A DNA stretch of 64,000 bases, taken from contig CAWGLD010000001.1 of assembly GCA_963823335.1 (NCBI GenBank), positions 1,536,001-1,600,000 of the forward strand, read 5' to 3'. The notes beneath the pieces were generated by a model. It searched no databases. It was not told where the DNA came from and saw nothing but the letters and a program-made list of their open reading frames with translations. Numbering within the stretch: the stretch's first letter is position 1; each line of letters starts with the position of its first letter. This DNA is from an uncultured delta proteobacterium (lineage in GTDB: Bacteria; Desulfobacterota; Desulfobacteria; Desulfobacterales; B30-G6). Below, in pieces: positions 9,685-19,519 of this stretch. The translations under genes and the position numbers were made by a program.

Positions 9685-9734
9685 AAATAAAGCGCTTCTT
9701 TTTTTTGGGGAAAAGAGAAGCGCTTTTTTATTTT
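9685..9734 (+). terminator. Intrinsic terminator of the qrc region (possibly bidirectional)
   Basis: AAAGCGCTTCT...AGAAGCGCTTT stem flanked by A-tract and T-tract. Confidence 0.75.
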
Positions 9735-9932
9735 CTATGGATAACAATCCAACCCAACTTTGTGATAATAAAAGATGGATCGAAAACTAAAATAGGTCTT
9801 GGTTTCTCGAACCCATTGTGCCCTGTTCTTCCCGTGCTTGACCCTCAGATCAGTATATGGTTAAAGTGAAGCCATCCGATAGTAAGATCTATACTTTGAA
9901 CCGCAAAAAATCTCCTGGAGAACGGATAATCA

Positions 9933-11186
9933 ATGGATAAAATCATCGTTAAAGGCGGCAAGCGTCTAACGGGTGATGTCAGGGTCAGTGGTGCCAAAAA
10001 TGCGGCATTGCCGATTCTGGTGTCTGCACTCCTGACGGATGGATGGAATACTTTCAGCAATGTTCCGAAACTCATGGATATTGAGAGCACCAAGAAGTTG
10101 TTGTCTACACTTGGTGCGCAGGTAACCGCTGAAAACGGCTCTGTTCGCATCAATTCGAGCGGCCTCAACAGTCATGAAGCACCATACGATCTGGTTCGAA
10201 AAATGCGGGCTTCCATACTGGTTTTGGGACCGTTACTGGCCAGGCTTAAAAAGGCGCGGGTATCGCTGCCGGGCGGCTGTGCCATTGGTGCGCGACCCAT
10301 CAACCTTCATTTGAAGGGATTGGCCAGTCTGGGGGCCAAAATCGACCTCAAGCACGGATACGTGGAGGCGTCTGCATCACGCCTGGTGGGCAGTGATATC
10401 TATCTCGATATTCCCACCGTGACCGGTACGGAAAACCTGATGATGGCGGCTGCTCTGGCGGAAGGTAAAACCACTCTGCGGAATGCGGCCTGTGAGCCGG
10501 AGGTGGTCGCCTTGGCGGACGTTCTGAACCAGATGGGTGCCGATATCCGGAATGCCGGCAGCACCCTGGTGACCATTCATGGTGTACCTGTTCTCAGCCC
10601 GGTATCCACATCGATTATACCGGATCGGGTCGAAGCGGGTACGCTGATGACCGCTGCCGCACTGACCCGTGGCGTGGTCAACATATCAGGATGCGAGCCG
10701 GATCATCTCCAGGCAGTCATCCACAAGCTGAGACTGGCCGGGGCTATTATCGATATTGATGGGTCTATCATACGGGTTTCAGGACCGGAAGAGATCACGA
10801 GTGTCGATCTTAAAACACAGGTGTATCCGGGATTTCCTACGGACATGCAGGCCCAGTTCATGGTTCTGATGTCTGTGGCCGGGGGGTTGAGTATTCTTTC
10901 GGAAACCATATTCGAAAATCGTTTCATGCATGTCAGTGAACTCAAACGGATGGGGGCGGACATTACCATCTCCGGCAATACCGCTCTGATTAAAGGGGTG
11001 CCAGCCCTTTCCGGCGCACCGGTAATGGCATCGGACCTCCGGGCCAGTGCATCCCTGGTTCTGGCCGGGCTCGTGGCCAAAGGGACCACCGAGATCAATC
11101 GGGTGTATCATCTGGATCGGGGATACGAAGCACTCGACCAGAAATTGACCGGTCTGGGAGCGTCGATAAAACGGGTACGTGTTTAG
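9933..11186 (+). CDS. murA: UDP-N-acetylglucosamine 1-carboxyvinyltransferase
   Basis: [46 protein letters not shown]. Confidence 0.98.
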   Translation: MDKIIVKGGKRLTGDVRVSGAKNAALPILVSALLTDGWNTFSNVPKLMDIESTKKLLSTLGAQVTAENGSVRINSSGLNSHEAPYDLVRKMRASILVLGPLLARLKKARVSLPGGCAIGARPINLHLKGLASLGAKIDLKHGYVEASASRLVGSDIYLDIPTVTGTENLMMAAALAEGKTTLRNAACEPEVVALADVLNQMGADIRNAGSTLVTIHGVPVLSPVSTSIIPDRVEAGTLMTAAALTRGVVNISGCEPDHLQAVIHKLRLAGAIIDIDGSIIRVSGPEEITSVDLKTQVYPGFPTDMQAQFMVLMSVAGGLSILSETIFENRFMHVSELKRMGADITISGNTALIKGVPALSGAPVMASDLRASASLVLAGLVAKGTTEINRVYHLDRGYEALDQKLTGLGASIKRVRV

Positions 11187-11339
11187 ACATGCGGGCGACA
11201 TTTGCGTTTCGCACGATATTTATCCTTCGGATGTAATTAATGGTCATTTACCCTATCGGGCGTCATTCATTGTTGCTCTTAGCCGAACCTAAAACATAAC
11301 ACCTAAAACCTTAAACGCGATCTGTGTTTCCTCGGACTC

Positions 11340-13847
11340 TTGAACCCTATGTTCCAGCCCATCTATCGCCCCATCATTTGGCTGACGATTGCGATGATAT
11401 TCGGAATCCTTGCGGGTGAAGCCTTTCCAGGTTATGATAAATGGATTTTCATGCTGGCGATGGCAGTCGTTCTGGTCCTGGTGATCGGCCTAAAACGGAA
11501 ATTGTCGGTTTGTTTGCTACCGCTTTTTTTATTTGGCAGTATCGGTTATCTTTCTATCCAACCCTGGGTTGCGCCGCGCTTCCCGGAGCATCACATTCGG
11601 CATTTTGTTGATTCAAAGACCTGTAAAATAACCGGCATTGTCCTGGACGAACCTGTTTCTGACCCTAACAGAACCCGGTTCGTTATGGAGGCAGGCGCCA
11701 TCGTCCGGAACGGGAAGCCTGTCCCAGTCTGCGGACGTGTGCGCGTTACGGTATCCAATGGACCCATTGCCCTGGTAAAGGGAGACAGCATCTCTTTTTT
11801 CGGGCGCATCCGCTCTATTCGGAATTTCAATAACCCCGGTAGTTTTGATTACGAGCGTTACATGGCTTTTCAGCATATCTGGGTCCGCAGCTACGTTGTT
11901 GCAGAAAAACTATCTGTCCGGTCAGGGGCAGAGACATCCAACCGGATGGCTGTTTTCGATGAACGCCGGTCCAGAATTTCTGAAATGATCGATGGCCTTG
12001 GGACTGAGGCTAAGGGAAACGCACGGGAAGTCAAGGCGGTGTCAAGGGCACTATTGATCGGAGACCGTAAAGGGATTGATAGTGCCTTACGCGAAAAATT
12101 CAATCGCGCCGGTGTGGGACATCTGCTTGCCATATCGGGACTTCACATCGGCATCGTGGCCACCGTGACGTTTGCAGTCTTTCGCTGGATTGTAGCATGG
12201 ATTTCACCTGTTTTATGGATAGGCTGGACTAGAAGAACCGCCGCCATCCTGACCTTTGTACCGGTACTGGCCTATGGTTTTCTGGCTGGAATGTCACCTT
12301 CGACCCAGCGGGCGGTTATCATGGTAGGTGTTTTTCTATTGACCCTTCTTTTTGACAGGGAACAGGACCTGATCAACACCATTTGTATTGCCGGTATGCT
12401 GATCCTGGCCATCAATCCGCCTGCGCTTTTTTCCATATCGTTTCAACTCTCTTTCACGGCCGTGATCGTTATCGTGTTGGGCATGTCATTGATACAAGCT
12501 GTTCTGAAGAAACCGAAAGGCATCGCGGTCACCCTGGTCACCAAAGGGGCTGCTTTCATGGCTGTAACTCTTTTTGCCACCGTGGGTACGGCACCACTGG
12601 CTATGGCCTATTTCAACCAGGTTTCACTCATCGGCGTTGTCGTGAATATGGTCGCCATCCCGCTGGTGGGGTTTTTGGCCGTGCCTCTGGGATTGTTGGC
12701 TGTTTTTATCCAGGTGTTCAGCATGGGTGCCGCGTCGGCATGCCTTCAACTGAGCCACTGGGTTCTTGAAAAAGCACTTCTGGTCATCGATTTTTTTTCC
12801 GGAATTCCCGGCTCCGCCCTGGAAACCATTACACCCAGTCTGGTTGAAATCAGTCTTTTTTATCTGATGCTTCTGGGTGTCTTTATCTGGCTTTCCACAA
12901 GGCGTCAGGAAAAACAGTCCAATCAATCCGTTGGCCTGGGACAGAACCTTGCCTATGGGTTGCTTCTCTTGGCTGCTTTTGGATGGGTACTGGATGTTGG
13001 TTACTGGATGCATCTGCGATTCTGGCACAAAGATCTTCGCGTCATGATATTTGACGTGGGCCAGGGAAGTGCCGCGTTGCTGGAGTTGCCCGGAGGTCGC
13101 AACCTCCTGATCGATGGGGGCGGCTTTGCGGACAATGCTGCTTTTGACACCGGTAAAAGTATCATCGCCCCATACCTCCTGCGAAATAAGATCAAAACCA
13201 TCCATACTGTTATTTTGTCACATCCCAACAGTGATCACTTAAATGGCTTGATATATATTGTCGAGCATTTTAATGTAAAGCAGGCCATCACAAACAATGA
13301 GTCCTCCCCGACCATGGGGTATCAATTGTTTGTCGAAACGCTGAAAAAACATGACATTGATACACCGGAGTACCGGGCGTTGGAACCTACTACGACCGTT
13401 GCGGGTACCAAGATAGACATTCTCTATCCCGCTGAAGATTTTTTGGAAAAAGTCTTTAAAGAGAAATGGCGCAACAAAAACAATAACTCCCTGGTGGTCA
13501 AGGTGTCCCATGGTCAGCATGCATTTCTTTTCCCGGGTGATATCATGGCCATGGGCGAAAAAGAACTGGTTGCAGCAGCCGGAAATAATCTGAAGAGTAC
13601 GGTTCTGATAGCACCCCACCACGGGAGCGGTTCTTCGAGTACACCCCTTTTGATCGAACAGGTGAATCCGGAGATTGTGGTGGTATCCTGTGGCTGGGAG
13701 AATCGTTTTAAGTTTCCTGATAGAGCTGTGTTGCAGCGATATGAAACCATGGGGGCCGGGGTCCTGCGAACTGACATTCATGGTGCGGTACAGATCTGGA
13801 CGGATGGACAGGAAATGAGAATGCGAACAGCAATAAGCACGCACTGA
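11340..13847 (+). CDS. comEC: DNA uptake competence protein ComEC/Rec2
   Basis: NPGSFDY, HLLAISGLH, SFQLSF, and metallo-beta-lactamase motifs DVGQG, SHPNSDH, NNNS, PHHGS. Confidence 0.95.
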   Translation: MNPMFQPIYRPIIWLTIAMIFGILAGEAFPGYDKWIFMLAMAVVLVLVIGLKRKLSVCLLPLFLFGSIGYLSIQPWVAPRFPEHHIRHFVDSKTCKITGIVLDEPVSDPNRTRFVMEAGAIVRNGKPVPVCGRVRVTVSNGPIALVKGDSISFFGRIRSIRNFNNPGSFDYERYMAFQHIWVRSYVVAEKLSVRSGAETSNRMAVFDERRSRISEMIDGLGTEAKGNAREVKAVSRALLIGDRKGIDSALREKFNRAGVGHLLAISGLHIGIVATVTFAVFRWIVAWISPVLWIGWTRRTAAILTFVPVLAYGFLAGMSPSTQRAVIMVGVFLLTLLFDREQDLINTICIAGMLILAINPPALFSISFQLSFTAVIVIVLGMSLIQAVLKKPKGIAVTLVTKGAAFMAVTLFATVGTAPLAMAYFNQVSLIGVVVNMVAIPLVGFLAVPLGLLAVFIQVFSMGAASACLQLSHWVLEKALLVIDFFSGIPGSALETITPSLVEISLFYLMLLGVFIWLSTRRQEKQSNQSVGLGQNLAYGLLLLAAFGWVLDVGYWMHLRFWHKDLRVMIFDVGQGSAALLELPGGRNLLIDGGGFADNAAFDTGKSIIAPYLLRNKIKTIHTVILSHPNSDHLNGLIYIVEHFNVKQAITNNESSPTMGYQLFVETLKKHDIDTPEYRALEPTTTVAGTKIDILYPAEDFLEKVFKEKWRNKNNNSLVVKVSHGQHAFLFPGDIMAMGEKELVAAAGNNLKSTVLIAPHHGSGSSSTPLLIEQVNPEIVVVSCGWENRFKFPDRAVLQRYETMGAGVLRTDIHGAVQIWTDGQEMRMRTAISTH

Positions 13848-13878
13848 ACACCAAACACCAAACACAATATACAAAGAT

Positions 13879-15267
13879 ATGAATCCGATATTTGAACAGA
13901 TAGAGACCTTGTTTCATCCCCGTTCAGTGGCCATTGTGGGGCTGCCCAGGGGTTTGAAAACAGGTAAGCTATTTCTTCTGGCGCTTCAGGACCAGAAATT
14001 TGCCGGGGACATCTACCCGGTGAATCCGAATGTGGACCAGATAGACGGTCTCAAAACCTATCCCAGCGTATCGGCCATTCCAGGACCTGTGGACCTGGCG
14101 ATTGTGCTGGTCCCGAGTCAATACACAATGCCGGTTATCAAGGAATGTGTAGAGAAGGGTGTCAAGGGTGCCATCCTGTTTACTGCAGGATACAGGGAAA
14201 CAGGTACTCAGGAGGGGATCGATCTGGAAAGGGAGATTGTCGCGGTCGCCCGTTCAGGGGGTATGCGGATCATTGGACCGAATGGTATGGGGTTTTACGT
14301 GCCCAGGTCCGGGTTGTCTTTTTTCCCGGAACTTTCCAGGCGGTCGGGAACTGTGGGGATGATATCCCACAGCGGGTCCCTGACCAACATCTTAGGACGC
14401 ATGGCATCGGAAAAGGGCGTATACTTCAGCAAGGTGGTGAGTATCGGCAATGCGTGTGATCTCTCCGTAACGGACTTTCTGGGTTATTTCGCAGCTGATC
14501 CTGAGACGCACGTCATCGGGGGCTATATAGAGGGTATTCCCAATGGCCCGGTCTTTTTGAGTACTCTCAAAAGCGCTTCCCTCAATAAGCCGGTTATTCT
14601 GTGGAAGGTAGGCATGACCCCGGAAGGTTCCCGGGCGGCAAGGTCTCATACCGGCGCTTTGGCCGGATCACGGCAAATCTGGCAGGCTGTGATCCAGCAG
14701 GGGGGAGCGGTGTTGGTTGCCGGGTTCGAGACTTATCTGGATGCCCTGATGACATTCTCCCTCCTGCCCCCGCAGGTCGGGGATCGGCTCGCCATTCTTT
14801 CCGGACCGGGCGGGCTGGCCGTGTCTGCTTGCGAAGCCTGTGGTAACGAAGGACTCAAGCTGGCCGAATTGCTGCCTGAAACTCAGAAAGCTCTGAAGAA
14901 GATGATTCCGCCAACCGGCACGAGTTGTAAAAACCCGGTGGATGTGGGACTCATGGCCTCACTGGATATCGATATATATATTGATGCTGCCCGGGAAATT
15001 GCCCGGGACCCGGGTGTAGATACACTGGTGGTCATCGGAGCAGGCCTGACGCCTGAAACAAACGAAACCTATACCTCGGGGCTTATTCAGGCCCAAAAGG
15101 AATCGGGCAAACCATTTCTACTGGTAAAAATACCCGGTTTTGACAAAAATCTGGCTCAGCGATTCTGCGAGTCGGGCCTCCCCTTTTTCGATTCGGCCGA
15201 GCGCGCTATCCGGACCTATGCGTCCGTGAAACATTACCGGGACTGGCAGCAACGGCAGATGTCGTAA
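13879..15267 (+). CDS. CoA-binding protein, acyl-CoA synthetase (ADP-forming) alpha-subunit type
   Basis: LFHPRSVAIVG, YPVNP, RIIGPNGMG, SHSGSL, SHTGALAG (phospho-His), NPVD; no ATP-grasp domain. Confidence 0.88.
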   Translation: MNPIFEQIETLFHPRSVAIVGLPRGLKTGKLFLLALQDQKFAGDIYPVNPNVDQIDGLKTYPSVSAIPGPVDLAIVLVPSQYTMPVIKECVEKGVKGAILFTAGYRETGTQEGIDLEREIVAVARSGGMRIIGPNGMGFYVPRSGLSFFPELSRRSGTVGMISHSGSLTNILGRMASEKGVYFSKVVSIGNACDLSVTDFLGYFAADPETHVIGGYIEGIPNGPVFLSTLKSASLNKPVILWKVGMTPEGSRAARSHTGALAGSRQIWQAVIQQGGAVLVAGFETYLDALMTFSLLPPQVGDRLAILSGPGGLAVSACEACGNEGLKLAELLPETQKALKKMIPPTGTSCKNPVDVGLMASLDIDIYIDAAREIARDPGVDTLVVIGAGLTPETNETYTSGLIQAQKESGKPFLLVKIPGFDKNLAQRFCESGLPFFDSAERAIRTYASVKHYRDWQQRQMS

Positions 15268-15327
15268 GGGTTTCAGTATCAGGGAGTAAGTAAATAAATA
15301 AAGAACGTCCCCTAAATTGGAGACCTG

Positions 15328-16617
15328 ATGCGTCTAAAAACGAAGCGTGCTGTTTTCGATGAAAAAAGAAAAGCTATTGAATTTTTCCGTGAGCATGTGT
15401 CTTCGGGAAAAGCAAAGTTTTTCAGCGACCTGGGTATGGATATGGTTATGGGTGACCGGGAAGGGGCGTTTCTGGCAGATATGGATGGACAGAAGAAGTT
15501 GTTCAATCTGCACTGCAACGGGGGTGTTTTCAACCTGGGCCATCGAAACCCTGAGCTGATAAAACTTCTCATCGAGAGCCTGGCTACATTTGATATCGGC
15601 AACCACCATCTCATGAGCCGGGTGCGGGCCGGGCTTGCAGAACGGATATCAGCGTCCATGCCCGGCGATTTGAACTACACCGTTTTCGGAGTCGGGGGCG
15701 GTGAGGCCGTCGATCTGGCCATCAAGGTCGCCCGGGCATGGTCCGGTCGAAAAAAAATCATCTCAGCCAGGGGTGGGTACCACGGGCATACCGGTCTTGC
15801 GGTGGCAACCGGGGACAGAAAATACAGTGAACCTTTTGGCGTGTCGTCGGAAGGTTTTGTCCAGGTTCCCTTCGGGGACCTTTCGGCTCTTGAAAACGCA
15901 ATGGATGATGCGGCTGCCGTCATTCTCGAAACGATTCCCGCGACCTTGGGCATTGTCGTTCCATCCCAGGAGTATCTGCCGGCTGTGCGTGACTTGTGCA
16001 GTAAAAAGGGCTGCCTGCTTATCCTGGATGAGATCCAGACCGGACTGGGACGTACCGGTAAGTTATGGGGGTTTGAGAACTTCGGTGTGATCCCGGACAT
16101 GGTTGTTCTGGGCAAAGGTCTTTCAGGGGGCTTGTACCCGATTGCGGCGACGGTGATGCGCACACCCCTCGAACAGGTGTTTCACGCAGACCCTTTCATT
16201 CATATATCGACATTCGGTGGCGCTGAACTGGGGTGTTGTATCGCAAAACGCGTGCTCGAGGTTTCTGCGGATCAGGTATTTCTCGACAGGGTCAACAATC
16301 TTGCCCGGGTCTTTGCCATGCACATCAAGGTGTTGCAGACTAAATACGCGGATTTCCTGGTCGGTTTCCGGCAGATCGGCCTGATGATGGGCCTGGTTTT
16401 CGAGAATGAACTCGCAGGCCCCCTGATGACGAAAACAGCCTATGAAAACGGTCTGCTGATGATTTACGCCAACAACGACACCACTGTCTGCCAGATGCTG
16501 CCACCCCTGATAATGGAAAAAGATCAGGTCCCCTGGGTCATGGAACGGTTGGACAGGTCTATCGCCGCCGCCCGGGAATTGTGCGGTGAAATTAATCCGA
16601 AGCAGAATACAGAATGA
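15328..16617 (+). CDS. Class III PLP-dependent aminotransferase-fold enzyme
   Basis: GVFNLGH, GGEAVDLAIK, GYHG, LILDEIQTGLGRTG, PDMVVLGKGLSGG, STFGG. Confidence 0.93.
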   Translation: MRLKTKRAVFDEKRKAIEFFREHVSSGKAKFFSDLGMDMVMGDREGAFLADMDGQKKLFNLHCNGGVFNLGHRNPELIKLLIESLATFDIGNHHLMSRVRAGLAERISASMPGDLNYTVFGVGGGEAVDLAIKVARAWSGRKKIISARGGYHGHTGLAVATGDRKYSEPFGVSSEGFVQVPFGDLSALENAMDDAAAVILETIPATLGIVVPSQEYLPAVRDLCSKKGCLLILDEIQTGLGRTGKLWGFENFGVIPDMVVLGKGLSGGLYPIAATVMRTPLEQVFHADPFIHISTFGGAELGCCIAKRVLEVSADQVFLDRVNNLARVFAMHIKVLQTKYADFLVGFRQIGLMMGLVFENELAGPLMTKTAYENGLLMIYANNDTTVCQMLPPLIMEKDQVPWVMERLDRSIAAARELCGEINPKQNTE

Positions 16618-17537
16618 AGATCGACACAGACCTTTTATACAGCTTCGAGAAGGGCTTGAATCCCCAGCAGATAGAACAATCCAGGATTCCGGCCTCGATA
16701 CTGGGGTATGGTGAGATATCCACCATCTTCAGGATCCAGGGTGACCATCGGACCGCTTATAAACGGATGCCGCTGTTCTCGAATCGGCAGTCGGCTGAAG
16801 ACTACGTCCTGCTCTACAGGGAGTATAGCCAGCGCTTGATAGCGGCCGGTTTGAACCTCCCGGACCACAATGCCGTTATCGTCAGTCTTCCCCGGCGGCC
16901 TGTGGTGGTGTACATCGCACAGGAGCGCTTGCCTTCGGACCGTTTCGGGCACGCGCTCATCCAAACCGGCGATCATCATCGCTGTATGCAGCTGATCGAA
17001 CAGGTAGCGCTGGAAATATCAAAGGTGTGGCACTACAATGCCTTGTCCGCTCCGGATGTGGCGCTTGCTCTGGACGGTCAGATATCCAACTGGGTATGTA
17101 TGGAAGGGGAGGGTGCTTTTACGATGGTCTACATCGATACCAGCACACCGTTTCTCCGGAGAGAGGGTATTGAACAGCTGGACCCCGAGCCGCTCTTGAA
17201 AAGTGCCCCTTCTTTCTTGAGATGGATCCTGAGATGGCTGTTCCTGGATGACGTGATGAACCGTTATTACGATTCCAGGCAGGTCTTTATCGATATTGCC
17301 GCCAACCTGTTCAAAGAACAGCGGAAAGATCTGATTCAGGGAACCATCGACATTTTCAACCGGCATCTTACAGACGGAGAGACACCCCTGACGGTTTTGG
17401 AAGTAGAAAAATACTACATAGAGGACAAACGGATCTGGACACTGTTTCTTGCTTTCCGGCGAATGGATTGCTGGCTGACAACCAGACTATTGCGCCGGCG
17501 TTATGAATTTATCTTGCCCGGGAAGATAAAGCGTTAG
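16614..17537 (+). CDS. Uncharacterised protein resembling DUF6206, with kinase-like motifs
   Basis: ATGA overlap with the aminotransferase; LGYGEIS..F, AYKRMP, DGQISNW, YIDTSTP. Family assignment is from memory and was not searched. Confidence 0.7.
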   Translation: MKIDTDLLYSFEKGLNPQQIEQSRIPASILGYGEISTIFRIQGDHRTAYKRMPLFSNRQSAEDYVLLYREYSQRLIAAGLNLPDHNAVIVSLPRRPVVVYIAQERLPSDRFGHALIQTGDHHRCMQLIEQVALEISKVWHYNALSAPDVALALDGQISNWVCMEGEGAFTMVYIDTSTPFLRREGIEQLDPEPLLKSAPSFLRWILRWLFLDDVMNRYYDSRQVFIDIAANLFKEQRKDLIQGTIDIFNRHLTDGETPLTVLEVEKYYIEDKRIWTLFLAFRRMDCWLTTRLLRRRYEFILPGKIKR

Positions 17538-17579
17538 AGGACTGCCGATATTTGGACGAAAGGATTCCGCACTGAATTT

Positions 17580-17682
17580 TATAGGGGTTGTCAGAAAAAC
17601 GTTCCGATTGAGGACCTTTTTTCTGCTACAACCCCTTATGCCGCCATCCTATTTTCGGAACATTATTATGACAAGCGCTATA
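17580..17682. mobile_element. 103-bp MITE-like element with TA ends and ~28-bp imperfect terminal inverted repeats (copy 1)
   Basis: TATAGGGGTTGTCAGAAAAACGTTCCGA ... TCGGAACATTATTATGACAAGCGCTATA; 3 mismatches to the copy at 61580-61682. Confidence 0.8.
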
Positions 17683-17698
17683 AATATGGGGAATAAAT

Positions 17699-19030
17699 AT
17701 GTGTGACACCTTTATAGCCATGCCGTCCAGCACCGCGGATGGGTCTGTTCTGTTCGGTAAGAACAGCGACCGGGAACCCAATGAGGCCCAGGCGCTGGAA
17801 TACCATCCGGGTTCCGCGCATCCTCCGGATTCCCGGGTGACATGCACGTATATCCAAATTCCTCAGGTGGATGAGACCTATGACATCCTGATCTCGAGAC
17901 CCTTCTGGATGTGGGGAGCCGAGATGGGGGCCAACGAGAAAGGGGTCGTCATTGGAAACGAGGCCGTTTTTACCCGTATGCCCATGGAACACGAGGGGAA
18001 GCTCACGGGTATGGATATCCTGCGGCTGGCACTGGAGCGCTCTGAAACGGCGGACAGGGCGCTGGAGGTTGCGATTCAACTCTTGTCGGATCACGGCCAG
18101 GGTGGTATCTGTGGGTATAGAAACCGCAAAATGGTCTATCATAACAGTTATATAATTGCAGACCCCGATAGGGCCTGGATCCTGGAAACAGCGGGTCCCA
18201 TGTGGGCTGCAGCCAGGATAAAGAAAACCTACAGCATCAGTAACGGTTTGACCCTCGGCGAGTCATTTGAAGAAAGTCATCCGGAGCTCATAACGCTTGC
18301 CAAAAAGCAGGGCTGGCTCAAAAGAGGTGAGACCTTTCATTTTGCACGCTGCTATTCAGACTGGCTTTATACGACCTTCTCAGCCAGCCGCAGGCGAAAA
18401 AGCAGATCGTCCCATCTGTTGAATCAGGCTTTGGGCACCCTGGTGCCGAGGGGCGCCATAGGGATTCTTCGGGATCACGACACATCCATGTATCGACCGG
18501 GAGGACACTTTTTGCAGGACCGTCTCTGCGCGCATGCTGCCAACAGCCTTACCAGAGATTCGGCCCAGTCCACGGGGTCTTTGATGGCTCATCTTACGCC
18601 GGGGCTTCAGACATACTGGGTCACAGGGACGTCTGCCCCCTGCACGGGCATCTTCAAACCCGTATGGTTTAACGACCGAGTTCTGCCGGATATAGGCCCT
18701 GAACCCGGTGATGCCTATGATCCCCGTTGCCTGTGGTGGTTTCATGAAGACCTTCACCGGGCAGTGCTGGAAGACTATGAATACAGGGTGTCGCTTTTTC
18801 GCGAGGAACGGGATGCCCTGGAAGACCGGTTTCTCGAGAGGGCCTCAAACCAGGGCGCTGAAAAACAGTATGACATCTCTCTGGCGGCCTTTGAGGAGGC
18901 CAGGATAAACACCGAGAAATGGATCAAGCGGGTAAAGGCCGCCGGCGTGCGGAACAGGGAAAACTGGGTGTACCGGCGTTACTGGAAAAAGCAGATCCAG
19001 CGTTCGATATCTACTGCGCTGGCGAAGTGA
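17699..19030 (+). CDS. Peptidase C69/secernin-family Ntn-hydrolase
   Basis: N-terminal nucleophile MCDT, FGKNSDREPNE, WMWGAEMGANEKGVVIGNEAVF, GMDILRLALER, YHNSYIIAD. Confidence 0.92.
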   Translation: MCDTFIAMPSSTADGSVLFGKNSDREPNEAQALEYHPGSAHPPDSRVTCTYIQIPQVDETYDILISRPFWMWGAEMGANEKGVVIGNEAVFTRMPMEHEGKLTGMDILRLALERSETADRALEVAIQLLSDHGQGGICGYRNRKMVYHNSYIIADPDRAWILETAGPMWAAARIKKTYSISNGLTLGESFEESHPELITLAKKQGWLKRGETFHFARCYSDWLYTTFSASRRRKSRSSHLLNQALGTLVPRGAIGILRDHDTSMYRPGGHFLQDRLCAHAANSLTRDSAQSTGSLMAHLTPGLQTYWVTGTSAPCTGIFKPVWFNDRVLPDIGPEPGDAYDPRCLWWFHEDLHRAVLEDYEYRVSLFREERDALEDRFLERASNQGAEKQYDISLAAFEEARINTEKWIKRVKAAGVRNRENWVYRRYWKKQIQRSISTALAK

Positions 19031-19104
19031 ACCGAAAAAGGGAGCGCATTCTCCGCAGGTTCTGCCGTGCAGCAGTGCTTCGCATGCTGCGAGGAATCGT
19101 CAAT
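19027..19104 (+). repeat. Degenerate copy of the TTGAA...TTCAA element
   Basis: gtgaaccg..gagcgcatt..ggttctgccg...tgctgcgaggaatcgtcaa aligns with 3835-3956; it supplies the TGA stop of the C69 gene. Confidence 0.6.
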
Positions 19105-19175
19105 TCATCATGATTTGTCGGGGCCACGGGATTCTTCAATGCCCCATCTCAATCTATGCTTAAGGAGGAATATCA

Positions 19176-19499
19176 ATGCGAATCGAACTCAACAAAAACA
19201 TTGTGGCATTTACGCCCGAAGCCGATTATGAGAAAACCATGTTGGAAGGACTTTGGCGTATGCTTGTGGATTGTGCTCGTTTTAACCAGAAACTGGTGCC
19301 GATAGGCGAGTATGTTCCTGCAAAAAACAACTCAGCTCAATTTGCAGTTGAAGGTGAAAAGGGTGAAGAAGAATATCCAGTGGTCTATGTGGACAAAGAC
19401 GTCACCTGCTATTGCCAGACATGCAACAAGTACGTTAATCTCAAAGCCGGCGACCGCATTCCACCGTGTTGTGGTAAGTTGATGGAGTTGTTGGACTAG
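19176..19499 (+). CDS. Hypothetical protein with a C-terminal desulforedoxin-like CxxC...CC motif
   Basis: AAGGAGG RBS; C-terminus YCQTCNKYVNLKAGDRIPPCCGKLME. Confidence 0.8.
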   Translation: MRIELNKNIVAFTPEADYEKTMLEGLWRMLVDCARFNQKLVPIGEYVPAKNNSAQFAVEGEKGEEEYPVVYVDKDVTCYCQTCNKYVNLKAGDRIPPCCGKLMELLD

Positions 19500-19519
19500 A
19501 TTAAAGGATCGACAGAACC

